A DNA stretch of 63,239 bases, counting the filler, from Octopus bimaculoides (lineage: Eukaryota): assembly GCF_001194135.2 (NCBI RefSeq). It is 5 parts of 5 records of this genome, joined end to end, with 100 filler letters (N's around TTAATTAATTAA, not from the genome) between each part and the next. Parts side by side here need not be neighbours in the genome. Positions count along the whole stretch, not along the records: positions 39,497 to 61,253 come from NC_068983.1; positions 61,354 to 63,239 come from NW_026436943.1; 3 more parts are not named here. The stretch is one strand, 5' to 3'. The stretch's first letter is position 1. Each line of letters begins with the position of its first letter. Shown here in pieces: positions 52,583-63,239 of this stretch. A model generated the notes under the pieces. That model worked only from the letters and a program-made list of their open reading frames with translations. It ran no database searches and had not been told where the DNA came from. A program made the translations under genes and the position numbers.

Positions 52583-52602
52583 TTACAGTTCTTGATGATC
52601 TT

Positions 52603-52806
52603 CTGGCAGAAACGTTAGTTCGCCGGGCGAAATGTTTAGCGGTATTTCGTCTGTCTTTATGTTCTGAGTTCAAATTCCGCCGAGGTCGACTTTACCTTTC
52701 ATCCTTTCGGGGTCGATAAACTAAGTACCAGTTGTGTACTGGAGTCAATCTAATCGACTGGCTCCCTCCCCCCAAAATTGGGGCCTTGTGCCTTGAGTAG
52801 AAAAGA
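52603..52806 (+). mobile_element. Family-A SINE
   Basis: ctggcagaaacgttag...gagttcaaattccgccgaggtcgac...tagaaaag. Confidence 0.9.
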
Positions 52807-52873
52807 ATATATATATGTGTGTGTGCGTGTGTGTGTGTGTGTGCGTCTGTGTGTGTGTGTGTATTCTTTTCTA

Positions 52874-52944
<71 letters not shown>

Positions 52945-53522
52945 AGTCGAGGAGAAAATAATGAAGAAGCAGACACTTTAACTGATAGGTATACTTCTAA
53001 TAGCATGTGCCTGTTGGTTATATCGAAATTTGAAACAATTACATGTGAGGTCGATTTGGTGTCTTAAATAAATAATGTTGTTTTCGATTCAGTTAACTCT
53101 TAATAAACAATTGTTAGCATAACTGAAGCAGCTGTTGTGATAATTATATTTTTTGTTGACTTTGCATATCTGGGAAGAAGAAAGTGTATGTGTTTAACTA
53201 GGGAACGTAGGAAGTGATAATTCAACAGCGATTTTATCAAAGATCTTCTGATTACAGAATTCAGCTTATATGCATTGTTTGTACATTGTACAAAAAGGAT
53301 TTAGTTGAGAATTTTCTTAGATTAAGTGGATAGATACTTAAATGTAAGATGCTATAAATTTGTTGATATCTTTTTTTTTTTTATTTTTTACTTTTAATAT
53401 GGTTTATCCCATTCCAGGATACATGCTTTCAAATACCTATGTATAACCCTCTCACTGAACTAGGCTTTATTAATTTTCTTTTTACGTTTGTGTTAATATT
53501 TTTTATCTTTTGTTTCCCCTCA

Positions 53523-53762
53523 TTAGACTACTGCGGCAACACTGGAGCGCCGCATTGATCTTTAGTCGAACGAATGGTCCTCAGTCCTTATTTATAAAGC
53601 CTGATACTTATTTAATAAGTTCTCTTTTGCCGAACCGCTAGAATAAATGCTAGGGTTAAAATATAAACCCTGGGGGTCGATTTATTCGACTAAAATCCTT
53701 TAAGGTCGTGGCCCAACATGGCTCCAGTCAAATGATTGAAACAAATAAAAGAATAAAAGAAT
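53523..53762. mobile_element. Two family-B SINE 3' fragments fused in opposite orientation
   Basis: 53523-53640 is a minus-strand tail and 53641-53762 a plus-strand tail (ggggtcgatttattcgactaaa...tgattgaaacaaataaaag). Confidence 0.7.
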
Positions 53763-55108
53763 ATATTTATATACCTTATATAATAAAACAGTGTGTGTGT
53801 GTGTATGTGCGCGCGCGCGTGCGTATGTTCCTTATAGATTCAAAAATTGAGTTGCCGATTTTGATATATTAGATAACAAAAGATTCAGTAATCTTTCGGT
53901 TACCAAATAAAGTATTTTTTTGCACAACAAATCATTTTTATTATTACAAAAATAACTTCGAAAACGAGGTTGGGTCGCACAATTTTGAGGTCTTTAGCTA
54001 AGGGAGGCAACTCTGCCTGAACAATCTTGAAATACATGAAGTTTTACGAGGGAATGAAATTTCGAAAATATACCGTCGACTTTGTTAGTATTATTTAGTA
54101 GATAATCTTTTAATGTGAAGAATGTTTGTCCGTGTTTTTTTTTTTTAGTCCAGAGTTGCCTCTGGTGTAGCAGACCCATCGCATAGTTTTTTTCTTTAGC
54201 TTTTTTTCTTCCTGAAATACTGTAAATCTGTGTCTTTCTTTTTATGAAAGGGTGTGTTTTANNNNNNNNNNNNNNNNNNNNNNNNNNNNNNNNNNNNNNN
54301 NNNNNNNNNNNNNNNNNNNNNNNNNNNNNNNNNNNNNNNNNNNNNNNNNNNNNNNNNNNNNNNNNNNNNNNNNNNNNNNNNNNNNNNNNNNNNNNNNNNN
54401 NNNNNNNNNNNNNNNNNNNNNNNNNNNNNNNNNNNNNNNNNNNNNNNNNNNNNNNNNNNNNNNNNNNNNNNNNNNNNNNNNNNNNNNNNNNNNNNNNNNN
54501 NNNNNNNNNNNNNNNNNNNNNNNNNNNNNNNNNNNNNNNNNNNNNNNNNNNNNNNNNNNNNNNNNNNNNNNNNNNNNNNNNNNNNNNNNNNNNNNNNNNN
54601 NNNNNNNNNNNNNNNNNNNNNNNNNNNNNNNNNNNNNNNNNNNNNNNNNNNNNNNNNNNNNNNNNNNNNNNNNNNNNNNNNNNNNNNNNNNNNNNNNNNN
54701 NNNNNNNNNNNNNNNNNNNNNNNNNNNNNNNNNNNNNNNNNNNNNNNNNNNNNNNNNNNNNNNNNNNNNNNNNNNNNNNNNNNNNNNNNNNNNNNNNNNN
54801 NNNNNNNNNNNNNNNNNNNNNNNNNNNNNNNNNNNNNNNNNNNNNNNNNNNNNNNNNNNNNNNNNNNNNNNNNNNNNNNNNNNNNNNNNNNNNNNNNNNN
54901 NNNNNNNNNNNNNNNNNNNNNNNNNNNNNNNNNNNNNNNNNNNNNNNNNNNNNNNNNNNNNNNNNNNNNNNNNNNNNNNNNNNNNNNNNNNNNNNNNNNN
55001 NNNNNNNNNNNNNNNNNNNNNNNNNNNNNNNNNNNNNNNNNNNNNNNNNNNNNNNNNNNNNNNNNNNNNNNNNNNNNNNNNNNNNNNNNNNNNNNNNNNN
55101 NNNNNNNG

Positions 55109-55268
55109 GAAACTGCAACGTTGTTCATCAGAAAATGACCGAAAATCACATTTACAAAGAAGAGTTTTTGCTTCATACTCCTCGTGTGTCGATTCTGCCC
55201 ATAACAAAGGAACAAATACTACAACGTGACTGTAGGTCATAACACGCGGGCAACACCGGGGTACATTG

Positions 55269-55272
<4 letters not shown>
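55109..55272 (+). mobile_element. Probable Helitron 3' end
   Basis: GCGG-GCAACA-CCGGG subterminal hairpin followed by tacattgCTAG|T (CTAG 55269-55272); upstream sequence is lost in a gap. Confidence 0.5.
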
Positions 55273-55311
<39 letters not shown>

Positions 55312-55450
55312 ACGGTGGACTTCTTTCAGTTTCCGTTTACCAAATCCACTCACAAGGCTTTAGTTGGTGCGAGGTAGAAGACACTTATGCAAAGTGTCAC
55401 GCAGTGAAATTGAACGTGGAACCACACTTCTTACCACACAGCCACGCCTG
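55273..55450 (-). mobile_element. Family-B SINE, 5' half (diverged)
   Basis: cttctttcagtttccgtttaccaaatccactcacaaggcttt is the reverse complement of the family body. Confidence 0.8.
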
Positions 55451-55734
55451 CATCTATGTTACAAACATTTTCTAATGCTCATTGGGAGAGGGTTCGTAGT
55501 CAATTTCTGTTCCCTTTAACTTTATTCATTAGTTATCCTATCAAAATTGGTACTTTCATTTTTGTGAACATGACCAAGAGATTTGCTGAGATTTTCTTTT
55601 CCTTTTTGCTACTGGAGATGTTTCAATTTTCCAATTATGTAATGTTGCTACAGATTTAGAGGACCGCTCATTCTCTTTGTGTTGGGTAATATTATATTAA
55701 AACGCTCAGTTACACTGAACTGTTCTGAATTTTC

Positions 55735-56420
55735 ACATCATTCTCATAAAGTTCTTATGGCCAGTCCAGGATGCGAAACGTAAAAACCAGTATGAGCACT
55801 GCGGAAGATCTGTTAGTGATATGCTTGATAAATGCTGAGAGCGATGACTGGTCATATTTTTTCACATTTTTTCACGGACGTGTTGCCTGTTAGATCGTTT
55901 CAGTTACATTGTCTCGTTGAGCCGGTGCATTTGCTGAACGCAAAGTTTTGCATTGGCCATGTGGATGTTTTCAAGCATTTCATAATGACAGAATAGTTCT
56001 CAATTTGAACATCATTCTCATAAAGTTCTTATGGACAGTCCAGGATGCGAAACGTAAGAACCAGTATGAGTACTGCGGAAGATCTGTTAGTGATATGCTT
56101 GATAAATGCTGAGAGTGATGACTGGTCATAATTTTTCACATTTTTTCACGGACGTGTTGCCTGTTAGGTCGTTTCAGTTACGTTGTCTCGTTGAGCCGGT
56201 GCATTTGCTGAACGCAAAGTTTTGCATTGACCATGTGGATGTTTTCAAGCATTTCATAGTGACAGAATAGCTCTCAATTTGAACATCGTTCTTATTAAGT
56301 TCTTATGGATAGTTCAGAATGCGAAACGTAAGAATCGGGACGAGCGCTGCGAAGGATCTGTTACTGACGTTTGATGATACCAAAAGCGACGGCTGATCAT
56401 AATTGTTTTCACATTCATAA
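55735..56420. repeat. 274-bp tandem repeat, two near-identical copies plus a diverged partial third
   Basis: acatc(a/g)ttct anchor recurs at 55735, 56009 and 56283 (period 274). Confidence 0.92.
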
Positions 56421-56429
56421 AATATTCAG

Positions 56430-56785
56430 TTCATGTTCTCCATTTTAATGGGTCCATTATATCTGACATTGTGATTTTGTCCAAAATACTCGTAGTTGTC
56501 ACGTAGCTGGAAAAGCTGTATTGTCAGGTCGTTCGAGCAATCAAAAAAGGTATTAATCTGAAAGCGCTATATCACAAAAATATGGCGAATATGGCACAAC
56601 TTCCCAATGAGCTCTGAAATAGCAGTTTGGATCAAATAAAAGATGTGGAGCGAGTATTGTTATGTTGAAGAAGCAAACCGCGTTGCCCGTTAGGTCGTTT
56701 CGGTTACATTGTCTCGTTGAGCCAGTGCATGAGCTGAACGCAAAGTTCTGCATTGACCATGTGGTTGTTTTCAAGCATTTTATAA
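56430..56785 (-). mobile_element. mariner transposase relic (catalytic-domain segment)
   Basis: ENNHMVNAELCVQLMHWLNETM*PKRPNGQRGLLLQHNNTR, then a frameshift to WEVVPYSPYFCDIALSD (from LQHDNARPH and WEVLPHPPYSPDLAPSD). Confidence 0.8.
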
Positions 56786-57047
56786 TGGATTAGCCCTTCC
56801 CATTCCCACCAAACACACATCATTTTCTTGCATGGATGCAACTCTGCCTGAAGGGGCTAAACTGTCAGACCGTTCGTATTTTGTTTCTTTGGCAGGTAAT
56901 AATTATTCTTTCATATTCCCAATGTAAATGAATTACGAATCGAACTGATATCTCACCTGTACACAAGTCGTTTAAGCTACTGCACTATCAATATTATAAA
57001 TTTCTTTTTTGATTAGCACAAAACAAGTATGTATCCATGATATGTGC

Positions 57048-57132
<85 letters not shown>

Positions 57133-57259
57133 TGTGTGTGTGCGTGTGTGTGTGTGTGCGTGTGTGTGTGCGTGTGTGTGTGTATGCGTCTATATGTAAG
57201 TATATGTAAATGGCTGTACATCGTCTTATATTATATTATATATATATATATATATACAT

Positions 57260-57340
57260 GCACACACACACGCACACACACGCGCACACACACGCGCACA
57301 CACACGCGCACACACACGCGCACACACACGCGCACACACT
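57260..57340. repeat. 12-bp minisatellite (CACACACACGCG)n
   Basis: About five to six tandem cacacacacgcg units. Confidence 0.85.
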
Positions 57341-57408
57341 CGCCTATATTTATATGTTCCTCTGTGTTTATGAATATTTGTACATGTACTTCTGAAAATA
57401 TGTGTGTG

Positions 57409-57449
<41 letters not shown>

Positions 57450-57999
57450 ACACATAAACACACTCACACGCATACACACACACTCACACACACAATCTGA
57501 ATACACATATACTCACAAACATAAACCCACGCATATACGTTTGTGTAAATGTATACATATAACACTGTGTGCCTGTGTGTGTGTGTGTATGTGTGTGTGT
57601 GTGCGTGCGCGACGCTGGTTAGCTAGAATGCGTAGTCATGTTTGTCTACAAAATCCAAGTTTGATTGATAGTAAAGAGTCGGCTAGTATATTTGGAAACA
57701 TTCATTAGAAATATGAAGTGATCTGGCTGACTTTTCCCTGTATCAGAATATCGCCGTGAACTGGTCGAGATATTAGCTGCCAATGTTGATCTCATTCTAA
57801 AAGAGGTATTTATCATTTCCTTGATTGATTGCTTCATAAAGACCCTGAAAATATGATGTATGGCTCGAGGCGGAACACAATCAATAAAGCCGGCACACAA
57901 TGGGAGACAGCAATTGATAGAAGAGGAAAAGACGGACAATAAATTTGCTTATTATGAGTGAATCGTTAATAAAAACTTTCAGTTAATTGCACACTGTCT

Positions 58000-58472
58000 T
58001 TGCTGTATAGGTAGGTAGGTAGGTAGGTAGGTAGGTGGGAAATGGAGGGGGACAGAGAGAGAAAGGGAGAGAGAGAGAGTGAGAGAGAGGAAAGAAAGCG
58101 AGAAATTGTGTGGTGGGAGAGAGAGATTTTCAGATAAAAGAGAGAGACGGAGAGAAGAAAGGGAGAGAGAGAAGTAGTGGGGGAAGGAGAGGCAGAGAGG
58201 AGAGAGAGAAGTGGCGGGAAAGGGAGAGACAGTGATAGTAACATAGAGAGAAAGAGAGAGAACAGAGAGATGGGGCGGGAGAACGACAGAGAGAGAGAGA
58301 TGGAGATAGAGGGAGGGAAAGAGGGGAGAGAGAGGTGGAAGTGAGAGTGGGAATGAGTGAGAGCGAAGCATAGTAGGAAAGAGAGAGGAGAGATAGAGGC
58401 AGAGAGAGAGAAAGAGAGAGAAAGACTTAGTAGAAGTGAGAATGGAAAGAAAGTAAAAATGAGAGAAAGAAG

Positions 58473-58530
<58 letters not shown>

Positions 58531-59038
58531 TGATGGGAGTGAGACTGAAAGAGTGAAGCATTGTATGAAAGAGAGGGAGAGAGAGAGAAAGAAAGATACC
58601 GAGTGCGTGGGGAAGAGTGAGAGAGGCCGGTAGAAAGTGAAGATGACAGAGAGAGTGAGAGAGTGAAAGTCAGAGAGNNNNNNNNNNNNNNNNNNNNNNN
58701 NNNNNNNNNNNNNNNNNNNNNNNNNNNNNNNNNNNNNNNNNNNNNNNNNNNNNNNNNNNNNNNNNNNNNNNNNNNNNNNNNNNNNNNNNNNNNNNNNNNN
58801 NNNNNNNNNNNNNNNNNNNNNNNNNNNNNNNNNNNNNNNNNNNNNNNNNNNNNNNNNNNNNNNNNNNNNNNNNNNNNNNNNNNNNNNNNNNNNNNNNNNN
58901 NNNNNNNNNNNNNNAGAGAGAGAGAAGAGAGAGAGAGAGAAGAAGGGAGAGAGAGGAGAGAGAGAGAGGTGAGAGAGAGAAGAGAGAGAGAGAGAGAGGG
59001 GAGGAGAGAAGAGAGAGAGAGAGAGAGGGGAGGAGAGA

Positions 59039-59083
<45 letters not shown>

Positions 59084-59260
59084 GAGAGAGAGAGAAGAAG
59101 AGAGAGAGGGGAGAGAGAGAGAGAGAGAGAAAGAGAATAGGAAAGAGAGATATGGAAAGAGTGGAAGATGAAAGAACTTAGAAGACAGGTAAAAAGAAAG
59201 AGAGAGAGAGAGAGAGAGACAGAGAGAGAAATGGAGAGACAGAAAGAGGAAAAACATGAA
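58000..59260 (+). repeat. ~1.2-kb purine-rich (GA)n degenerate microsatellite tract (spans a gap)
   Basis: Almost exclusively G/A on the plus strand. Confidence 0.9.
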
Positions 59261-60684
59261 ATGACTGAGAGTAAAAGGTAAGTAAGTTAAGAGTAAAAGC
59301 TGTTTGTGAAAAGCTGTGTATGCACGTGCTCACGTGTATACGTGCCTGTGTATGTGTGTGTATGTGTGTGTGTGTGTGTGTGCGTGTAACGGTGTTTTTG
59401 TGCTTGTGCTTACGTATGTGAGCGGGCAAGTGTTTTCATGGTTCCCTTTTTGTATGTATGGATGTTCGTAAGTGACAAATATATATCTTCGCAACGGCTT
59501 TCAACCGTGACGACTCTAGCATTTAAACATTATCTACAGTCATTACGCTTTCACTTATCGCTTTGTTTGCGGATTATTTGTGAAGTCAAATCATTGTGTT
59601 TGAAACTTTCGCTCACTACTCAACACATCATTAATAGAGACACCTATGCGGAGGAGGTGAGAAGGAGGAAGAAGAAAGGGAGGAGTAGGAGAAGGAGGGA
59701 GAAGAAAGGGAGGAGTAGGAGAAAGAAGAGAGGGGAAAAGGTTGAAGCGGAGTGACAATTGGTTTTTCCAATGATTTATCAGTTCAACATATGATCAAAT
59801 TAAGATCAATTTTGTTGTGCGTTTTCCGCTACTGTAAATCTTTCTTGCCAAAAATCAGCCGTAACAGTCACCTGATCATAAATAACGTTTTAAATTCAGA
59901 TTATAATATATNNNNNNNNNNNNNNNNNNNNNNNNNNNNNNNNNNNNNNNNNNNNNNNNNNNNNNNNNNNNNNNNNNNNNNNNNNNNNNNNNNNNNNNNN
60001 NNNNNNNNNNNNNNNNNNNNNNNNNNNNNNNNNNNNNNNNNNNNNNNNNNNNNNNNNNNNNNNNNNNNNNNNNNNNNNNNNNNNNNNNNNNNNNNNNNNN
60101 NNNNNNNNNNNNNNNNNNNNNNNNNNNNNNNNNNNNNNNNNNNNNNNNNNNNNNNNNNNNNNNNNNNNNNNNNNNNNNNNNNNNNNNNNNNNNNNNNNNN
60201 NNNNNNNNNNNNNNNNNNNNNNNNNNNNNNNNNNNNNNNNNNNNNNNNNNNNNNNNNNNNNNNNNNNNNNNNNNNNNNNNNNNNNNNNNNNNNNNNNNNN
60301 NNNNNNNNNNNNNNNNNNNNNNNNNNNNNNNNNNNNNNNNNNNNNNNNNNNNNNNNNNNNNNNNNNNNNNNNNNNNNNNNNNNNNNNNNNNNNNNNNNNN
60401 NNNNNNNNNNNNNNNNNNNNNNNNNNNNNNNNNNNNNNNNNNNNNNNNNNNNNNNNNNNNNNNNNNNNNNNNNNNNNNNNNNNNNNNNNNNNNNNNNNNN
60501 NNNNNNNNNNNNNNNNNNNNNNNNNNNNNNNNNNNNNNNNNNNNNNNNNNNNNNNNNNNNNNNNNNNNNNNNNNNNNNNNNNNNNNNNNNNNNNNNNNNN
60601 NNNNNNNNNNNNNNNNNNNNNNNNNNNNNNNNNNNNNNNNNNNNNNNNNNNNNNNNNNNNNNNNNNNNNNNNNNNNNNNNNNNN

Positions 60685-60733
<49 letters not shown>

Positions 60734-61253
60734 CATATAGTTTCTGATTTGTTATTACATTTCATCTTAAACTATTGTTTATCGATGTAACATCGCGTCT
60801 CTTAGAAGACAATACGTACCTCTACCACCAACTTTACACCGACATCCAAGACGACAGCGACAACAACATCAACATTACAACCAACACCAACACCAAAACT
60901 ACCACCACCAAAACTATAGTTCTACAAACACTCAACACCACAAACACTGACCACCAGTACCAACGCCACAACAAATATATACTTTGACACTGCTTCCCAT
61001 CCCATCCCCATCAGCACCATCACCAGCATCCCCATCCATGTTATTACTCTTACCATCACTCCACCAAGAACAACTATACGATGAACATCATGGGCATCAT
61101 AGCCAGCTCCGCTATCAATGGCCGGTGCCATCACCTACGTCACCGTCGCAATAGCTTCACCATTAGCACAACCACCAACACCACCACCACCACCACCACC
61201 ACCACTACTACTACCACCACCAACACCACCACCACAAGCACCACCACCACCAC

Positions 61254-61353
61254 NNNNNNNNNNNNNNNNNNNNNNNNNNNNNNNNNNNNNNNNNNNNTTA
61301 ATTAATTAANNNNNNNNNNNNNNNNNNNNNNNNNNNNNNNNNNNNNNNNNNNN
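61254..61353. other. Artificial assembly join: 44 N + TTAATTAATTAA + 44 N
   Basis: Linker at 61298-61309 with identical geometry. Confidence 0.95.
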
Positions 61354-62296
61354 CATACATACATACATACATACATACATACATGCATACATGCATACAT
61401 GCAATTATTCAATATACACAGTATTTAAATACGAGCTACTATTATTTTCATGCTGTGGAAAGATAATGAATCGGCAGAGTTATCTATCCTGCCTTCTGCC
61501 TTGAAGTACTCCCTCAGGCTCAAATATACGACAAGGCTATGTAAAAAAATAAATAAATAAAAAAAGAAAGAGAAAGGATGCTGGTTCATGAGAAAAGAGA
61601 AAAGACGAGAGGAAGATGAATGTGTGTGTGTGTGAGCCTGTGTGTGTCTGTGTGTGTGTGCACGTGAGTATGTGTGGAGGGGACAAAGTCTAAGGACTGC
61701 ATACCTACATACGAACGTACGTTCGTACTAACATACGTATATGCATACATTCATACACACACATAAATATACATACATACATACATACATATGCAAGCAT
61801 ACGCACACATACATGCATTCATAAATACATACATACATACAGAGACATACATACTTATATTCATATATTCATATACATACATATACATACATACGTACAC
61901 ACATACACGCATATACGTGCATTCATGCATACATATATACATATGTATACATATATACATACATACTTCTCATATATGTATACTGTTCCGAAGTAGGTCA
62001 GTTTGATATTTACGCGGCATTAATTATTTGGTCGAATTGGTCACACCGCATACGGCAATATTTTGACCCTTATAGCCGAGTGGTGCCCAACGCCATGAAT
62101 TTTCCTTTTTATTGTAGTCTTTAATCGAGCCTTGACATTCAATAATGAAAGCGTTGAAAGGAACGAAAATATTCGGCACACCTGATTGTTAAGCCTAATG
62201 ACACCAAATCGACTGGAAGTAAGTTGGTTGGATTTGCTAAACGGCTTGAGCATGGTTATAAGAATTTATATAAGAATTTATCTATAAAGAGTTCTT

Positions 62297-62415
62297 TATT
62301 CTTTTACTTGTTTCAGCCATTTGACTGCAGCCATACCGGAGCACTACTTCAAAAGGTTTTTTTTTTTAGTTGGAGAAATCGACCCCAGGACTTATTTTCT
62401 TTGTATGCCTGGTAG
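62297..62415 (-). mobile_element. Family-B SINE, 3' fragment
   Basis: cttttacttgtttcagccatttgactgcagccat...atcgaccccagg. Confidence 0.8.
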
Positions 62416-63239
62416 TTAAAAATCACTGAGAGATACACATGGACTTATAATTATGTCAGATGTCATTTTATCGTAATATTCATACTGATATTAAAACCGA
62501 AAGATATCATTCAGTCACTTTTGCTGCTCAAATCTAGGCATTGTTATAAACACTTCATACATTCACTCACTTTCATTTTACATGTCACTGACTCTCCGTT
62601 CGTTGAGAATTTCTTATTTCCACATTATCGCCTTGCTACGTCAGCAAGCAAAAACACTAAGCTCGTTTTGTATGTGGATATATATTTATACGTATATACA
62701 TACATACGCGAACACACACACACACACACATTTATTCACATACTTAAAAGCCAAATATGCTTATCTACATCTACTACTCTTTGATTTATATATATTTACA
62801 TACATACAACATACATATATGTATACATAGCATGTATGTGTATAGGATAGATTTAAGTAACATGTATACGTACTTATGCATGTATATACATATATACATA
62901 TACGTCTATACACACACACACACATATCGTTAAGAAATTGCTACTCGAATTCCTAAGGCCCACTGGTTATATATTTGTATTATTTAAGAGTACATATGTA
63001 ATGGATGGCCGTATAAAAGCGATTATACTTTAAATTGTCTATAATTATTTGAGCATTCAGTTAGTATCAGAACAATATTCTGTATATAGATATAATCGTT
63101 TCCTTTCATTTATTTCCCTGGTGGCAAAATACAGAAATAATTTGACAACAAATTCATCAATGTTATAATTATTTTTCAATTACTGTATATTATTCACTCA
63201 CACACACACACACACATACACACACACACGCATATATAT

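Noticed and set aside
55735-56420. CRISPR-like array or prokaryotic system
   Set aside because: These are long tandem units without unique spacers in eukaryotic intron/exon DNA; no cas genes or operons are present.
62118-62218. Exon-like segment (ttattgtAG ... GAA|GTAAGT)
   Set aside because: It has stops in all frames and no homology recognisable by eye.
264-63239. Most supplied ORFs (poly-X, YIYI, CVCV, HTHT, LSLS, RERE translations)
   Set aside because: They are translations of N gaps and (AT)n/(AC)n/(AG)n microsatellites, with no protein-family signal.

Overview
AT-rich, microsatellite- and SINE-dense animal genomic DNA from a gappy short-read assembly. The repeat families and genes point to an octopod cephalopod, which is an inference. 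Four identical 100-bp artificial joins (44 N + TTAATTAATTAA + 44 N) split the window into five independently assembled pieces: 1-23579, 23680-28861, 28962-39396, 39497-61253 and 61354-63239. Two partial protein-coding genes are supported by splice sites that join in frame. One is the promoter plus exons 1-2 of a divergent protostome-type cytoplasmic intermediate-filament gene (minus strand). The other is three exons of an S1/trypsin-family serine protease with a non-canonical activation site (plus strand). The rest is mobile-element debris: at least four tRNA-derived SINE families, an RTE LINE 3' end, mariner/maT transposase relics and Helitron 3' ends. The most interesting unexplained structures are several degenerate minimal type I hammerhead-ribozyme motifs of the Penelope-associated kind, an interleaved A-B-A'-B' inverted duplication, a 274-bp tandem repeat built partly from a mariner transposase segment, a ~200-bp foldback in IF intron 1, and a 182-codon stop-interrupted orphan reading frame. 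Most ORFs in the supplied track are artefacts of microsatellites or N gaps.
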